DNA of 63,775 nucleotides, counting the filler, from Craspedostauros australis (taxonomy: Eukaryota): NCBI GenBank assembly GCA_030167865.1. It is 10 parts of 10 records of this genome, joined end to end, with 100 filler letters (N's around TTAATTAATTAA, not from the genome) between each part and the next. Parts side by side here need not be neighbours in the genome. Positions count along the whole stretch, not along the records: positions 3,481 to 34,419 come from JALAGF010000065.1; 9 more parts are not named here. One strand, given 5' to 3'. The position numbers and the translations under genes were made by a program. The notes under the pieces are model-generated. The model had not been told where the DNA came from. It worked only from the letters and a program-made list of their open reading frames with translations, and made no database searches. Positions 10,653 through 22,135 of the stretch are shown here, in pieces (the stretch's first letter is position 1; each line of letters opens with the position of its first letter).

Positions 10653-13358
10653 ATGAACCCGGTCGTCATGAGCCACAACGCACATCTGGAGGATCCATTC
10701 CATCGCCCGCAGACGCCAACCGATGTCGACCATGTTGGCGAAGACACTCCAGCAACCCTCGTTGGTGTTGCCGCTGATGGGCACGGCATCAGCAACGATG
10801 ACCTGATGACGAACCACCGGCGGCCTGGCTTGGACACCTACTTCCTGCATCACCAGAACGAACGTCAGCACCAGCAACAGCAGGGACAGATGGACAATGC
10901 CAACGACCCATGCAACTCATCCGTCCCATCTGGTTGCACCACCATCACCAGCGTGAGCAACTGGAATGCCGGCAGCCACTACCACCCTCATACCACCGTC
11001 ATCAGTGGTCGCACGATCGCCAGCAACAGCAGCATGGCGAGCGAAGATATCTCCTACCCATCCTCCATCGATGAGAACGGCACGATGTTCGGGCAGCGCA
11101 AGCGCGATCAACATCAGAATCAGCACGCAGCGTATCCATCCAGCGGCGACAAGATCACGCAGTCACCCACCAGCACCACGACAAGGTCATTCACTGCCCA
11201 GCAACATCTGCAGCCCCAGCCTCCGCAACATCTGGGACCGCGATCTGACATCATCGATTCCGACAGCCTGGCCGCATCCTCCATCGGCAAGCCTCGGAGC
11301 CGAAGCCGCACCAGACGCCGCAGTTCCATGGACACGGCTTCGACAAACCGAAGCGGCGCATCCAAGTCCAGGTCCACCTCGAAGACAAACGCAAAGGGAA
11401 GGGCGAGGACAAGGACGGCATCCAGGCCAAGATCCAAGTCCAGATCGAGGTCCAAATCGAGATCAAAGTCCAAAGCCAAGGCCAAGACAACGACGAAGCC
11501 CAAGTCCAAAACTCGTTCTTCATCCACCAAGCCGCCCAAAACACCTGGCAACAGCTCACACTTCGCACCCAGCAATAGCCACCATCACCATGACGATCCC
11601 TACTTCATGGGATCGGAACACCGCTACTCGTCGGACACGCCGACGCATCCCGACACCGAGAACCTGGAGAGCTTCTTGGAGACTCAGAGGATGGCAGAAA
11701 AGTTCCTCAACCAGCTTGCACTCAACGGCCGTGGCAACGGTGGCAGGGCATCCGCAGGACGACGCAGCCCCACGCCCAAACAGCGGAGGCAGAGCAGCGA
11801 AAGGCGCCGCCGTTCCCAAAGCCGCGGCAAGAGACGATTCGCATCCTCTTCCTCGTCTTCCATGTCCCTTTCATCCACTGATGCCTCCAACAACAGGAGC
11901 AGCAGCAGCATCGCGGACGACCACTTCCACAACCATTACTATCCGCCATTGCCCATTGGAGTATCGGGGGGCACATCTCTCAGCAACAATGGAAGTTACA
12001 CCGACGTGTACGGCGCCCTGGATGACCCTAGCGCCGTCACATACCCAGACGAGCTCGACTCGCTGCCATCGATCGGTGGCACAACCATCCAGACGCGTTC
12101 CACCGCGATGGGCAGCGGCTCAGTGGCAAGTCAGAATTCGTATTCCTCACGCAAGCTCCATCGCACCCGGGTTTCCAGCACCCGAGGTAGTGCCAACAAC
12201 AGCAGCGGCACTAGCAGCGGCAACAACAACAAAGACGATAAGAGTGTTTCGTCTGGCAGAAAGAAGAACGTGAATCGTTCCAACACGGATCCATCGATCA
12301 CCATCTCCATTCCGAGATCTGCGAGGACCAGCCGTCGTAGAAGCACCGGCTACACGATGGACCATTCACCACCGAGACCCAAAGCATCATCATCGTCGTC
12401 GTCTTCCAAGAAGAAGGGATCATCGTCTTCGGCTTCCGTGGCATCAATGCGTTCAGCGATGCCGAGATCCAAGCGTCACACCTACTCCAAAAGTCATTCC
12501 GAGCGACACCTCACAAGCAAGGCAAAAAGCGAGCGCGGTGAGCAAATGAGCCGCCGCAACGACGACAAGGAGGACGACCAGCAACCCCACCGCAGTTCGC
12601 AATTGCAACGCCAACTCTCGTCGTACTCCAAGAGCAGCAGCATGAAGCAGCGCTCGGATATCTCGCCACATCGTTCCAAATCCTCTCGATCTCTGGCATT
12701 CCTGGATCAAGCCAACCGCAGCTGTCCAACATTCGACAGCGATGACACCTCGTTGATCTCCTCAACAAATGATGTCGTGGATGCACCCACCATTGACGGG
12801 CAGGGAAATCCTGGCACCTACACCGGAACCATCCAAGCAAGCACCCAGGTCCCGCACGGATACGGTCGCATGGAGTACAATAACCACCCTTCGTGCTACT
12901 ACCACGGACAGTGGGTGAACGGCATCCGTTCCGGCCACGGCAAGTCCAGCAACGCCCTTGGCGATCTGTACATCGGAACGTTCTGGGATGACAAGGAGCA
13001 TGGTAACGGCACCATCAAGTTCCACGACGGCCGTGTCGTCCAAGGCCAATTCGACAACGGACAGCTCCACAACGGTGTCATGAACTACCAGGATGGCAGC
13101 AAGTACAAGGGCACCTTCAGCAACGGAAAGCGTGACGGCGGAAAGTACTACTTCGTGGATGGCAGCATCTACGAAGGCCAGTTCAAAAACGACATGATGG
13201 ACGGCCACGGCACTCTGTTCTGGTTGAACGGCAGCAAGTACGTAGGTTCCTGGGAATGCGGCGTGCGACAAGGAGAAGGTATCGAATACCGATCCGACGG
13301 CACGACGCGTCATGCGGGAACATGGTCCAATGGCAAGATCATCAAGAAGGACAAATGA
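10653..13358 (+). CDS. MORN-repeat protein with long Ser/Arg/Lys-rich disordered N-terminus
   Basis: 901-aa ORF with C-terminal Y.G.(W/F).....HG.G repeats (YHGQWVNGIRSGHG, YEGQFKNDMMDGHG, YVGSWECGVRQGEG). No kinase domain seen. Confidence 0.9.
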   Translation: MNPVVMSHNAHLEDPFHRPQTPTDVDHVGEDTPATLVGVAADGHGISNDDLMTNHRRPGLDTYFLHHQNERQHQQQQGQMDNANDPCNSSVPSGCTTITSVSNWNAGSHYHPHTTVISGRTIASNSSMASEDISYPSSIDENGTMFGQRKRDQHQNQHAAYPSSGDKITQSPTSTTTRSFTAQQHLQPQPPQHLGPRSDIIDSDSLAASSIGKPRSRSRTRRRSSMDTASTNRSGASKSRSTSKTNAKGRARTRTASRPRSKSRSRSKSRSKSKAKAKTTTKPKSKTRSSSTKPPKTPGNSSHFAPSNSHHHHDDPYFMGSEHRYSSDTPTHPDTENLESFLETQRMAEKFLNQLALNGRGNGGRASAGRRSPTPKQRRQSSERRRRSQSRGKRRFASSSSSSMSLSSTDASNNRSSSSIADDHFHNHYYPPLPIGVSGGTSLSNNGSYTDVYGALDDPSAVTYPDELDSLPSIGGTTIQTRSTAMGSGSVASQNSYSSRKLHRTRVSSTRGSANNSSGTSSGNNNKDDKSVSSGRKKNVNRSNTDPSITISIPRSARTSRRRSTGYTMDHSPPRPKASSSSSSSKKKGSSSSASVASMRSAMPRSKRHTYSKSHSERHLTSKAKSERGEQMSRRNDDKEDDQQPHRSSQLQRQLSSYSKSSSMKQRSDISPHRSKSSRSLAFLDQANRSCPTFDSDDTSLISSTNDVVDAPTIDGQGNPGTYTGTIQASTQVPHGYGRMEYNNHPSCYYHGQWVNGIRSGHGKSSNALGDLYIGTFWDDKEHGNGTIKFHDGRVVQGQFDNGQLHNGVMNYQDGSKYKGTFSNGKRDGGKYYFVDGSIYEGQFKNDMMDGHGTLFWLNGSKYVGSWECGVRQGEGIEYRSDGTTRHAGTWSNGKIIKKDK

Positions 13359-13916
13359 ATGCGCAAACTTACTCGTAGCCAGTTTGTTCTACGATACGAG
13401 CTCGTACACATACCCTACATAAAACTCGAATGCAATACTCTAGAGATGACTCTCATCTTACAAATATAATAGCTCGTACCCTACTCTATTGCAACATTGA
13501 ATGCCTCCATGCGTGCATGCGTGTGCGTACGTGTGCGCATTTGTGTCGAGGCTCGCCCTCGGCTTGTCTGTCGTTGACGAGCAGAACAAATCGCAATCTA
13601 GACTCGACGCGTAGCTTGACGTTACCACTTTTTTGGACTGAAATGACCGATAAAAACGGGAAAGGCCAACAATCCCGATTTTGTTCGCCACGTCTGGTTT
13701 CCCTGAAGCGAGTGTAGTGGGTGGAACATGACCGCAAAGGCGCCACAAGATCTCCTACTCCGCACCGATACTCTCTGCCGTTGGTGCTGCCGTTGATGCT
13801 GCCATCACTGCCACCGCCATCACTCTATTCCTCTCTGCACCATCGAGCCACAAGTCGATCTCCGCACAAGTCTCGGCAAGGCCACTATCCGTACATTGTT
13901 TACGCACTTCAACAAC

Positions 13917-15395
13917 ATGACGTCCGACCGGCCAGACTCGGCGCAACGCGCTCTGGAAGACTTCTTCGAGCTGGAGGCGACGCTGCTGCGATCCTACGAT
14001 TGCATATCGAGCGACAATGACGCCTTGCGCGATGCGACGCAACAATCGCGACGCGTCGGATACCTGAACCACGGAGCGTTCGGAGACCCGCATCCATCGA
14101 CGCTGAAGCTGCGCGGCTACGTGACGGATGAGCTGTGCTACCGGCAGCCCATGGTGTACCATCGTTCGCTGATCCCGACGTTGGTGCAACGCGCCAAGCA
14201 TCGCGCCTGCGAATACCTCAAGATCGGCAAGGAATACGACTTCAACTTCGTCAACGTCACGGGCGCCTTGTTCGCCGTGTTGCGCAGCGTCCAGTTCGAG
14301 CCTGGTGATACCGTCGTCACGTCCGACATGCTCTACCATTCATTGACGGATGCCTTGATGCATCTGCAGCACAAGCACCAGCTCAACTGGGTGATCGTCT
14401 CATCGCCGCATGGTTGCAAGCAGGATGATATCTACGACAGCTTCGAACGCACGATCCAACGCGAGTCACAACGCATCAAGCTGGTCATCGTCGATCACAT
14501 CTCCAGCAAACCGTCCGTCGTCTTCCCCGCGCGACGCATCTGCAAGCTGTGCAACGCATTGCGCATACCGACGTTGGTGGACGGCGCCCATGTGCCGGGA
14601 TCGATACCGAGCCAATTCATCAACGTGGTCGGTGCGACATTCTACGCCGTCACATTTCACAAGTGGGTCAACACGCCACGCGGAGCATCGGGCGCGCTTT
14701 TGGTCAATCGCAAGATCATTCAGGAGCAGTACGCGTCGTTCATCGACGTATCGTGCTTGGTGGTGCACGGCGGATGGGCCGATCAACCGATGGGGGCTGT
14801 TCCGAATGGCGGTGCCGCAACGTCAGGCGCAGCAGCATCGGCGACAACCACAGTGGAACTCTATTTGGACGACGCCAACAAACCAGGAATCTTCACGGAT
14901 GGCCTGACGCAAGGGATCTACGACGAAAGCACGCGAGAGTACGAGAACGTCGTCGTCCTGCCGCACTGCCTGGATTTGGTGTTGAAGTTTGAGACGGAAT
15001 TCCAAAATCACGTCATCGCCCTGCGACAACGATCTTTGCAGGTGCTGCAAGAGCTGTGGCAATTGGAACCGTCCGCGGCGCGCATATGGTACGGCGAAGC
15101 GTCGCCGCCGTATTGCATCCCTTTGCTGTCCGTGCCGCTGCCAACGCACCGATTGTTGCAGGCCGCCCGTTTCGATGCGCCGCGCGATATGTCCTTGAGT
15201 CAGAAGCTGCGGCGCATCAAAAAGAAGGTGAACCTGCAGCTGTGGGATGGTCATGGGATCGAGGTGCCCGTCTTTGTCTTTGGCGGCCAGCATTTGGGTG
15301 TGCGCATCAGCTTGGGACGATTCGTCACGATGGAGGACATTCGCAACCTCGGCCTTGCCGTCAATGCCTTGATCGATCAAGGTTTCGCAGCGTAG
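13917..15395 (+). CDS. PLP-dependent class-V aminotransferase-fold enzyme (Egt2 C-S lyase / CefD / L-cysteine desulfhydrase-like)
   Basis: Motifs YLNHGAFG, VDHISS, LVDGAHVPG, FHKW (PLP lysine), GIEVPV and VRIS. First ATG at 13917. Confidence 0.88.
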   Translation: MTSDRPDSAQRALEDFFELEATLLRSYDCISSDNDALRDATQQSRRVGYLNHGAFGDPHPSTLKLRGYVTDELCYRQPMVYHRSLIPTLVQRAKHRACEYLKIGKEYDFNFVNVTGALFAVLRSVQFEPGDTVVTSDMLYHSLTDALMHLQHKHQLNWVIVSSPHGCKQDDIYDSFERTIQRESQRIKLVIVDHISSKPSVVFPARRICKLCNALRIPTLVDGAHVPGSIPSQFINVVGATFYAVTFHKWVNTPRGASGALLVNRKIIQEQYASFIDVSCLVVHGGWADQPMGAVPNGGAATSGAAASATTTVELYLDDANKPGIFTDGLTQGIYDESTREYENVVVLPHCLDLVLKFETEFQNHVIALRQRSLQVLQELWQLEPSAARIWYGEASPPYCIPLLSVPLPTHRLLQAARFDAPRDMSLSQKLRRIKKKVNLQLWDGHGIEVPVFVFGGQHLGVRISLGRFVTMEDIRNLGLAVNALIDQGFAA

Positions 15396-15695
15396 AGTCG
15401 TTGCGGTCGTGGTTCCTGGCGTGCTGCTGCACCATGCTGGTATGATCGGCGCAGAGATGCAAGCGAGGGCTTCGATCAAGATGTCGGCCATTTGTAGTAT
15501 CACTTGTGCAGTCACTCGATCGTCAGTTGACGGCGGCGCCGTCTCATCACCATCACCATCACCATCACCACCACCGATTCTTCAGATACACTCATCAACA
15601 CATACGCACGCGTTTACCTATATATGGAGGAAGCGAGCGAGAAGATGATGACAGATTGAATATGCTACTCGATGGTTATGGTGCAGTGGAGCAAT

Positions 15696-16928
15696 TCACG
15701 CTGCCGCGCCGCGGCAATACTCGTTGTCCGCCTGCGCCACGATTTTTCTGGCGCAGACCTTGCCCAACAGCAGCCTCAGCATCGACGTGCTGATCATCTT
15801 GGCATCAGCATCCCACATTCCATGATCCAACAGACCGTTGCGGTAGATGCACTGCGCCGTGCGACCTTTCAGCATGTGCCAATCCGTTGGCGCCTTCTGC
15901 AGCATGACATGGTGCAAGGCGGGGCTTGCCGTCGTCGTCGTCGTGGCTGGCGTGGAGGGCTTTGCGTTCATCAGCAGAATGTGAAGTCCGCCGAAGAGAG
16001 CGCAACCCTGCTTGAAGATCGACACGGAGGAGGGGAACATCTCCAACGCCATGGTGATATCCTCCAAGAGGAACCATGGCGATGGTTTCTGCTGGGATGG
16101 AGGAGTCGCGCGGCCGTCGCTTGTGGCTTGGTCTGGTGTCACGGGGCGAGTGTTTGGCGTCGTCTCATCGGCGGTCGAAGTTGACCTCGTGTCGACTTCT
16201 TCCTGCAGATGGGCTTGAAGTGTCCGTCTCAGCACGTCCGAGTCTGCGTTGCCGAGGAGCTGCACCAAAACAGAAAGCGCCGCGGAATACAGCTTCTCTT
16301 CTCGGTTCGGGATTGCGGCCTCGGTCGGTTGCGGCCGCGATTTCTGCTGAGGTTGGCTGCGGTGCTGTCGCATGATCGCGACGATGCTATCGAGGGCGCC
16401 GGTGGAAACGGCACGCGTCGATCGTTCGCCGGGCGTGAAGATGAACCATACCAATGCGGCCATCGCCCACTTGTAGGTTTCCACGGTGTGGTGCGGCTGC
16501 GAGAGGACGTTGAGAATGACATCCATCGCGCCGTGCTCCTCGTGCAGGTGCGTGAGGATGACATGCAGTTTCTTATCCGAGGTCTGGCTGGCATTGTGAT
16601 GCGCGGAGAACGAACGGATCGCATTGCAAAAGTCCCCCAGCGTGATCTCAATATCCGTGGCTGTGCAGTGGGTCGATTCCGAATCCCTCATGTCCTGTAC
16701 CAAGGAGGCGAGGTATTGTGTGTACTGCTTGTATTGGTTAGCTCCGTAGTCAATGCTGCTGCTTCCGCTGCTGTTGTTGCCTTCATTGCTACCATCATCG
16801 TCTCTATGTGCTGGTGGCACATCTTGACGCTGGCGTTTTCGTGGTGCGGACGCCTGCTCTGGAGATTCCTCTCGTCTTTTGCATCCAGCCCGTGTCTGCT
16901 GGGTCGGTTGAGATTCTGAGAGGTTCAT
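15696..16928 (-). CDS. Hypothetical helical (ARM-like) protein, paralog of 7719-8948
   Basis: 410-aa ORF with the same conserved blocks, an NLS-like PRKRQR, and terminal YCRGAAA. Confidence 0.82.
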   Translation of the reverse strand: MNLSESQPTQQTRAGCKRREESPEQASAPRKRQRQDVPPAHRDDDGSNEGNNSSGSSSIDYGANQYKQYTQYLASLVQDMRDSESTHCTATDIEITLGDFCNAIRSFSAHHNASQTSDKKLHVILTHLHEEHGAMDVILNVLSQPHHTVETYKWAMAALVWFIFTPGERSTRAVSTGALDSIVAIMRQHRSQPQQKSRPQPTEAAIPNREEKLYSAALSVLVQLLGNADSDVLRRTLQAHLQEEVDTRSTSTADETTPNTRPVTPDQATSDGRATPPSQQKPSPWFLLEDITMALEMFPSSVSIFKQGCALFGGLHILLMNAKPSTPATTTTTASPALHHVMLQKAPTDWHMLKGRTAQCIYRNGLLDHGMWDADAKMISTSMLRLLLGKVCARKIVAQADNEYCRGAAA

Positions 16929-17982
16929 GATGTTGGAGTGGTGGTGGTGGTGTGAGTGTCGATTGTGCAGTTGTGCAGTAGTGAAGTTGTGTGATGGTTG
17001 AGTTTGATTTTGTGAGTGTGGCGATCCGATCAGCAGGAGCGCAGTATCGGTGTTGGTGGAGGGGAGGCTTCTTTGCGGTCACAAATTGCACAACTGTGGA
17101 TGGTTCTGTTGGACCGGATGTTTGACTCCGATACCACTTTGGTGGATCGGTCGAGAAGTATGTGTGACAGCTCGTACCAGTCCATCCTTGCAACAAGGCA
17201 ACACGAAGTGCTCGTACGCACCATGTCAAGACAAGACTGCACATGCCATGCAGCGACAAAGAACTGGAGCCGCCCATCGTGGTTGCCATCAATTCACACA
17301 TGGCTCCTGCTCGTTCATCTGCACTTTTCGCCGCGTCACAATTCTTGAATGCAGGAAAGGCACCTGCGCGAGATGTGTGATTGAGGTTTTTGCTGGTCCC
17401 TTTTGTGAATCACACAACGCGAAGATTCCCGAGCTTCGACTACTTCGACCACATGGACAACCAATACCAGCGACAAGAGATAGCCGGCGACCCTCTGGGA
17501 CATCGGCAGAGTGGAGAGCAACATGGTTTGTCTATCTTGTAGTAACATACGACTACGACACGGTGCATGTTGTCATACTGAAAGCAGCGCCGCTAGCAGA
17601 TGCGATGGAGAGTGCGAGTGTACAAGCAAAGCAGCATTTCTAGAGATGGCATGCGACTGGAAACACCTGGCTCGACAACTAGATGGAGGCAACAACCTCG
17701 CCGCGATCACCGTTGTTTTTGGTCGCGGCTGTCAGCAGCTATGTTAGGGGCTTGGAGCTGCCGCTTTCACTTTCGCTGTGGCCTCTCGTGAACCATGTGT
17801 GAATACCCCCTTGTCTGCTTACCTTCTACACTTGTGTGAGGGTGGTTTGATCTGGCAACCAGCATGAACAAAATCGCGCAACATTGCCAAGGTGCTCGTA
17901 GTCTAAACGTGGTTCCCAATTCGGTTCGAAGGCGAAAGGGTGAGCTCTTCGATCCTTTGATCCTTTGACCAGTCAATAGAAA

Positions 17983-18022
17983 CCAGCCAACCAACCAACC
18001 AACCAACCAACCAACCAACCAA
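17983..18022. repeat. (CCAA)n microsatellite
   Basis: About nine to ten CCAA-type units visible directly. Confidence 0.85.
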
Positions 18023-18900
18023 ACAAAGAGGGAGAGAGAGAGAGGCCAAGACACACCATGACACCTTCGCCGCCACCACCATGCCAACCTGTGCGGTTTC
18101 CAAGGTGGATTCATTCGTGGTTTGAGAAAATGGCGAAACTGCATGCGTTCTTTCGCTCTGCACAGTTCTCTGATTGTTGAAGTGTTCCACACAATTTGGT
18201 GGGGTCGTCGGAACCTGTGACTCACAACAAACAACCAATGCTGCATGACGGAACCCAACCCTGTAACACACACACCGACGCACAATCCGAAGCCCACAGT
18301 CTTGTCTGTGTGGCTCATTCTTGGTCTTGCCCTTCGTCGTGTTCCCATGCTGGCTTCCTACCTCCGCACCTTCTGAATTTGCTTTCCCTTCCTTCCGACG
18401 GTCTCTTTCCTCACGTGTGTTTGCCCAAATGGTACTCTTCCATTTACGTCCGCACTCTTGCGGAAACGCAGCTACCATACTCGCACGCATCTACGTGGTG
18501 TGATACTGGCAAACGATGGGCGCGGATGCTCCCTATTCTCGATTGACAGCCACGCATCAGCGGATCCCACGAAACAAACCTTCTGTGCCACACTCTACCG
18601 CGGAAGGCGCGAGTACGAGCACCAGAGGAAGAGCAGAAGGCAGGCGTAGATGCACGGGAAGCCGCTTCCATCACACTGCGTCGCCTACGGCACCCTCTGT
18701 TGGTGTGGAAGCCACATCACCAATGCGATTTCTTCCACCCAGCGTAGTACAAGTATGGCATGATAAGAACACGACGCTTTCTCACTGTTCTGCTCTCTCG
18801 ATTGGTTTCAACTGTAGCATTACTTTGGTCTAACTTTAGTACACGCCCTCAATTGCACATATGTCTGTCGACACAATTATGATCATGCAAAAATCTTCTA

Positions 18901-21042
18901 TTACGTCACTCCATTGATGTCATCCTCTTCCACTGGAAGGCCTTGGATCCATCTACCTTGATGCTCGATCGCACCATCTTCGTTGAAGTGCGTTCCGAAC
19001 CCATCCATCTGACCATTCTTCCAGTCGCCATTGTAGTGGCTGCCATCCGACCACTGCATGCGACCACGGCCATGGACTTGATCATTCTCCCATTGCCCTT
19101 CGTAGTACGTGCGTTCGCTGGCATCGAAGAAGTATGTGCCGAAGCCATGCCGTTTGTGATTGGCGAAGAGGCCGATGTACTTGGTGCCATTCGCGAATTC
19201 CATGGTGCCATCCTTCATGGCGTTGTCTTGGAATTGACCATCGAAGACACGGCCATCGTGAAAGCGGTATGTGCCGGTGCCATGCTTTTGGCCATTGAGG
19301 AATGCCCCGGTGTATTGATCATCGGAGGTGAGTACGAGAATGCCGTGACCATGGAACTCGCCAGAATGCCACTCCCCCGTGTACGATCCGTAGTGTTGTT
19401 GGAGATGGACTTGTTGCGGCTGCGTCTGGTCTTGGAGACAACGGACACTGCGTTGGTAGACGATGGTGCCATAGCCTTCTGGGAGCTGTGAATTTTGGGA
19501 CAGCGCTCCACTGTACTGACCCTTTCGACCCTTGGCATCGCGCAGAGGTCTGTCCTGGACTTGCTTCAAGCTCGGCGTAAGCCCAGTGGATGCTAGATGC
19601 TGCAGATGCCGTGACGGAGATGTTTCTTCCCCATGGGGGCTGACAATGCTGCCATCGCTGCCTCCTCTTTCACCATCACCTCGTTCTGTTCGTTCGGCTG
19701 CTTCCGCTTCCGCTCTCGCTCCCGCCACTGTCGACGATGACGTCCACTCGTCAGGCCCCGAATTCAGATCGCTCACAAGATGCTTCCCGGACTGTTCCAG
19801 CTTCGCCAACGACATTTCTCTGGGGAAATTGACGAATCTCCTCGAGCTGACGCGGAGATTCCGAGGGTTCGCACCATCCGCTTTTGGCGCATCGATATGA
19901 ACGTCGCCATCGGATGGTGCTCTGTTCCGGCTGCTCCGTTTCGTTTGGCGTTGCCTTGTGAATCGGAATGGGATATCCGGAATGGACTGTGGCTGTCTTG
20001 CCTCGGATGTGCTTTCCTGTTCCGGCATGTTCGGAGGTGAGTCCAACGGTGCTGGTGGGTGATACTCGTGCTTCATTCGGTTGGGCTTTGCTGCAGGCAG
20101 CGATTGAGCCCTCGCTGATTCATGGCGATGATGATGATTCTTGCCGATCGTTTCGATGGTTCGTTCACTGACGGAGAGTCGGTCTCCACCAGCCTCATTA
20201 TTTGATGCGAAAGAGCCGTACTGATCCAGCACTGAAAAACTCGGTTGAGGCCGCAGCATCTTTCTGGGGGTGAAGGATGATTCCGCCGCAAAGCTCACAA
20301 CTGTTTCGAGCTTTGCTCTCTTCGGCTCGATGGTTTCCATGCGGGTGGTCCTTGCATGCTCATTCTTGTGAATGGTCTGGTCTATGTCACCCGTTCCCAC
20401 GATGGACTCATTCAACGTCGACCCCAACGTCAGGCCGGACACGACGCTTCCTGGCATGCGGTCGCGATCCCGGAAGCCGATAGTTGTCCCAACAGGCTCA
20501 TTTGTTCGATTGCTTGTGGTAGGCAATCCAATCTCTTCCAGTGGAGGCTTGGTTGCGGCAGCGCTGCGTGCTGCTTGGTTGCGCGCAATCGACATTGTCG
20601 TGAGTTTGTAGAGGTTGTTCGCGATTGGCGTGGTTGGCAGGTAGGATACGTAGCGATCCTTCTTCGTTTGCTGCGGTGTCGCCTGCTGCCGGTGCTTCTT
20701 CTTGATGGGCGCATCTTCTCTGAAATCCGGACGAAAACTAACAGAATCCCTGCGTCCTTCCTGAGCCTGTAGTCGACGCTCCTGATCGGACATCATCTTC
20801 TGCATGCGATGGAGTTCGGTTTGCAGATGCTGGATGTACGAATCCTTTTTCTGGACCTCCTGCCTTAGGGTCGTCAAGACGATGGATGACACATCAGTCT
20901 CCGGTCCTACGGAAGGCGAACGAGAAAGGCGCTGCGAGACGCGAGGCATCGGCGGCACTGAAGTCACCGATTCCGAAGAGCCGCGCTGCCGTAGCGTCTT
21001 TCGTGATCTAGCCCGCGTGAGAAGTACGATGGACCAAGTCAT
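18901..21042 (-). CDS. MORN-repeat protein with N-terminal coiled coil and disordered linker
   Basis: 713-aa ORF; coiled-coil-like LRQEVQKKDSYIQHLQTELHRMQ and C-terminal MORN repeats (YTGEWHSGEFHGHG, YEGQWENDQVHGRG). Confidence 0.9.
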   Translation of the reverse strand: MTWSIVLLTRARSRKTLRQRGSSESVTSVPPMPRVSQRLSRSPSVGPETDVSSIVLTTLRQEVQKKDSYIQHLQTELHRMQKMMSDQERRLQAQEGRRDSVSFRPDFREDAPIKKKHRQQATPQQTKKDRYVSYLPTTPIANNLYKLTTMSIARNQAARSAAATKPPLEEIGLPTTSNRTNEPVGTTIGFRDRDRMPGSVVSGLTLGSTLNESIVGTGDIDQTIHKNEHARTTRMETIEPKRAKLETVVSFAAESSFTPRKMLRPQPSFSVLDQYGSFASNNEAGGDRLSVSERTIETIGKNHHHRHESARAQSLPAAKPNRMKHEYHPPAPLDSPPNMPEQESTSEARQPQSIPDIPFRFTRQRQTKRSSRNRAPSDGDVHIDAPKADGANPRNLRVSSRRFVNFPREMSLAKLEQSGKHLVSDLNSGPDEWTSSSTVAGARAEAEAAERTERGDGERGGSDGSIVSPHGEETSPSRHLQHLASTGLTPSLKQVQDRPLRDAKGRKGQYSGALSQNSQLPEGYGTIVYQRSVRCLQDQTQPQQVHLQQHYGSYTGEWHSGEFHGHGILVLTSDDQYTGAFLNGQKHGTGTYRFHDGRVFDGQFQDNAMKDGTMEFANGTKYIGLFANHKRHGFGTYFFDASERTYYEGQWENDQVHGRGRMQWSDGSHYNGDWKNGQMDGFGTHFNEDGAIEHQGRWIQGLPVEEDDINGVT

Positions 21043-22135
21043 GGTTGTCTGATGCTCAGCGTGTTTGATTTATGACTCAAGTGGAAGCCGAGCGAAGTAT
21101 CATAGATTTCTATGTTACGATACGGATATGCGATACGTTAGAAGTTGGAGGTGGAGTCGTTCGTATAATACTATTACAATTTTATATTAAGATCTTCTAC
21201 TCTACTCCTCAAGCGCCTGATTTCCTCTTGTCTAGTTCTTCGGGCTCACGAGGTTGCCGGTCCAACATGTGTGCGTTTTCGCCTTCGTGTGAGAAGTTGG
21301 CATAGCTTTGGCTGGCTTGTTTGTTCGCCAGCGTGATGAGAGAATCGAAATGTGATTGTGGTCGACATCACAAAGCCCTCCAGCACCTGAGAGATTGTGC
21401 AATCGCTGTTCTCCGCGACTAACTTGTGGCACATCATCAAGGACATGAAAGCCCGATTGCTGCCTGTCAGATGTCAATGTCATAGTTGTGTGTCTTGCGC
21501 GAAACGGCCGCGTCGCGACCAATCGTGACAAATTTTGTTTTCAGACGTGGAAGTTAGCCATTCATCCACGACATCCACGAACCAATTTGTGTTCTTCCTG
21601 TCGTGGCAATCCCAGTCCCACAAACGCCACCCGGACGAAACACGTATTATCGATCGACGGGGCTTGGTTGATTGTCAGTTTGGAGTATGTGCAAGAGGCA
21701 TATGTCTGTTTGGTAAATCGTGTGTTTGAACTGACTGTTTGAAAATGGCGAAGACATGCGCATACTTTTGATCATATTAATCGTAGAATGGAAACAGACA
21801 GGAATGACGAAGCAAGGGAGGAATGACTGAAACTTGAGCGGCGATGGATCGAGGCTCCAGATGAAACTTGGACTTCAAATCGAATCGGACATGCAGCAGT
21901 CTATCCACAGGATGGGTGAGTATGCGACGCGGACGATGGACTTGTTGCGGATGCGCTTTCAGAATGAGCGGAAGCGGAATACGCGACATCAACGCAGATT
22001 TTGCACGCACTGCCTTGTCCCGCTCATCTCGAGCAGAGCTGTTGAAGTGCGCACCGGGGTGTCGTACATTAACTGCACACTAATATATATTCGTACTAAT
22101 CTGATATAATGCATTGCGGTGAGACGAGGTGGCAA

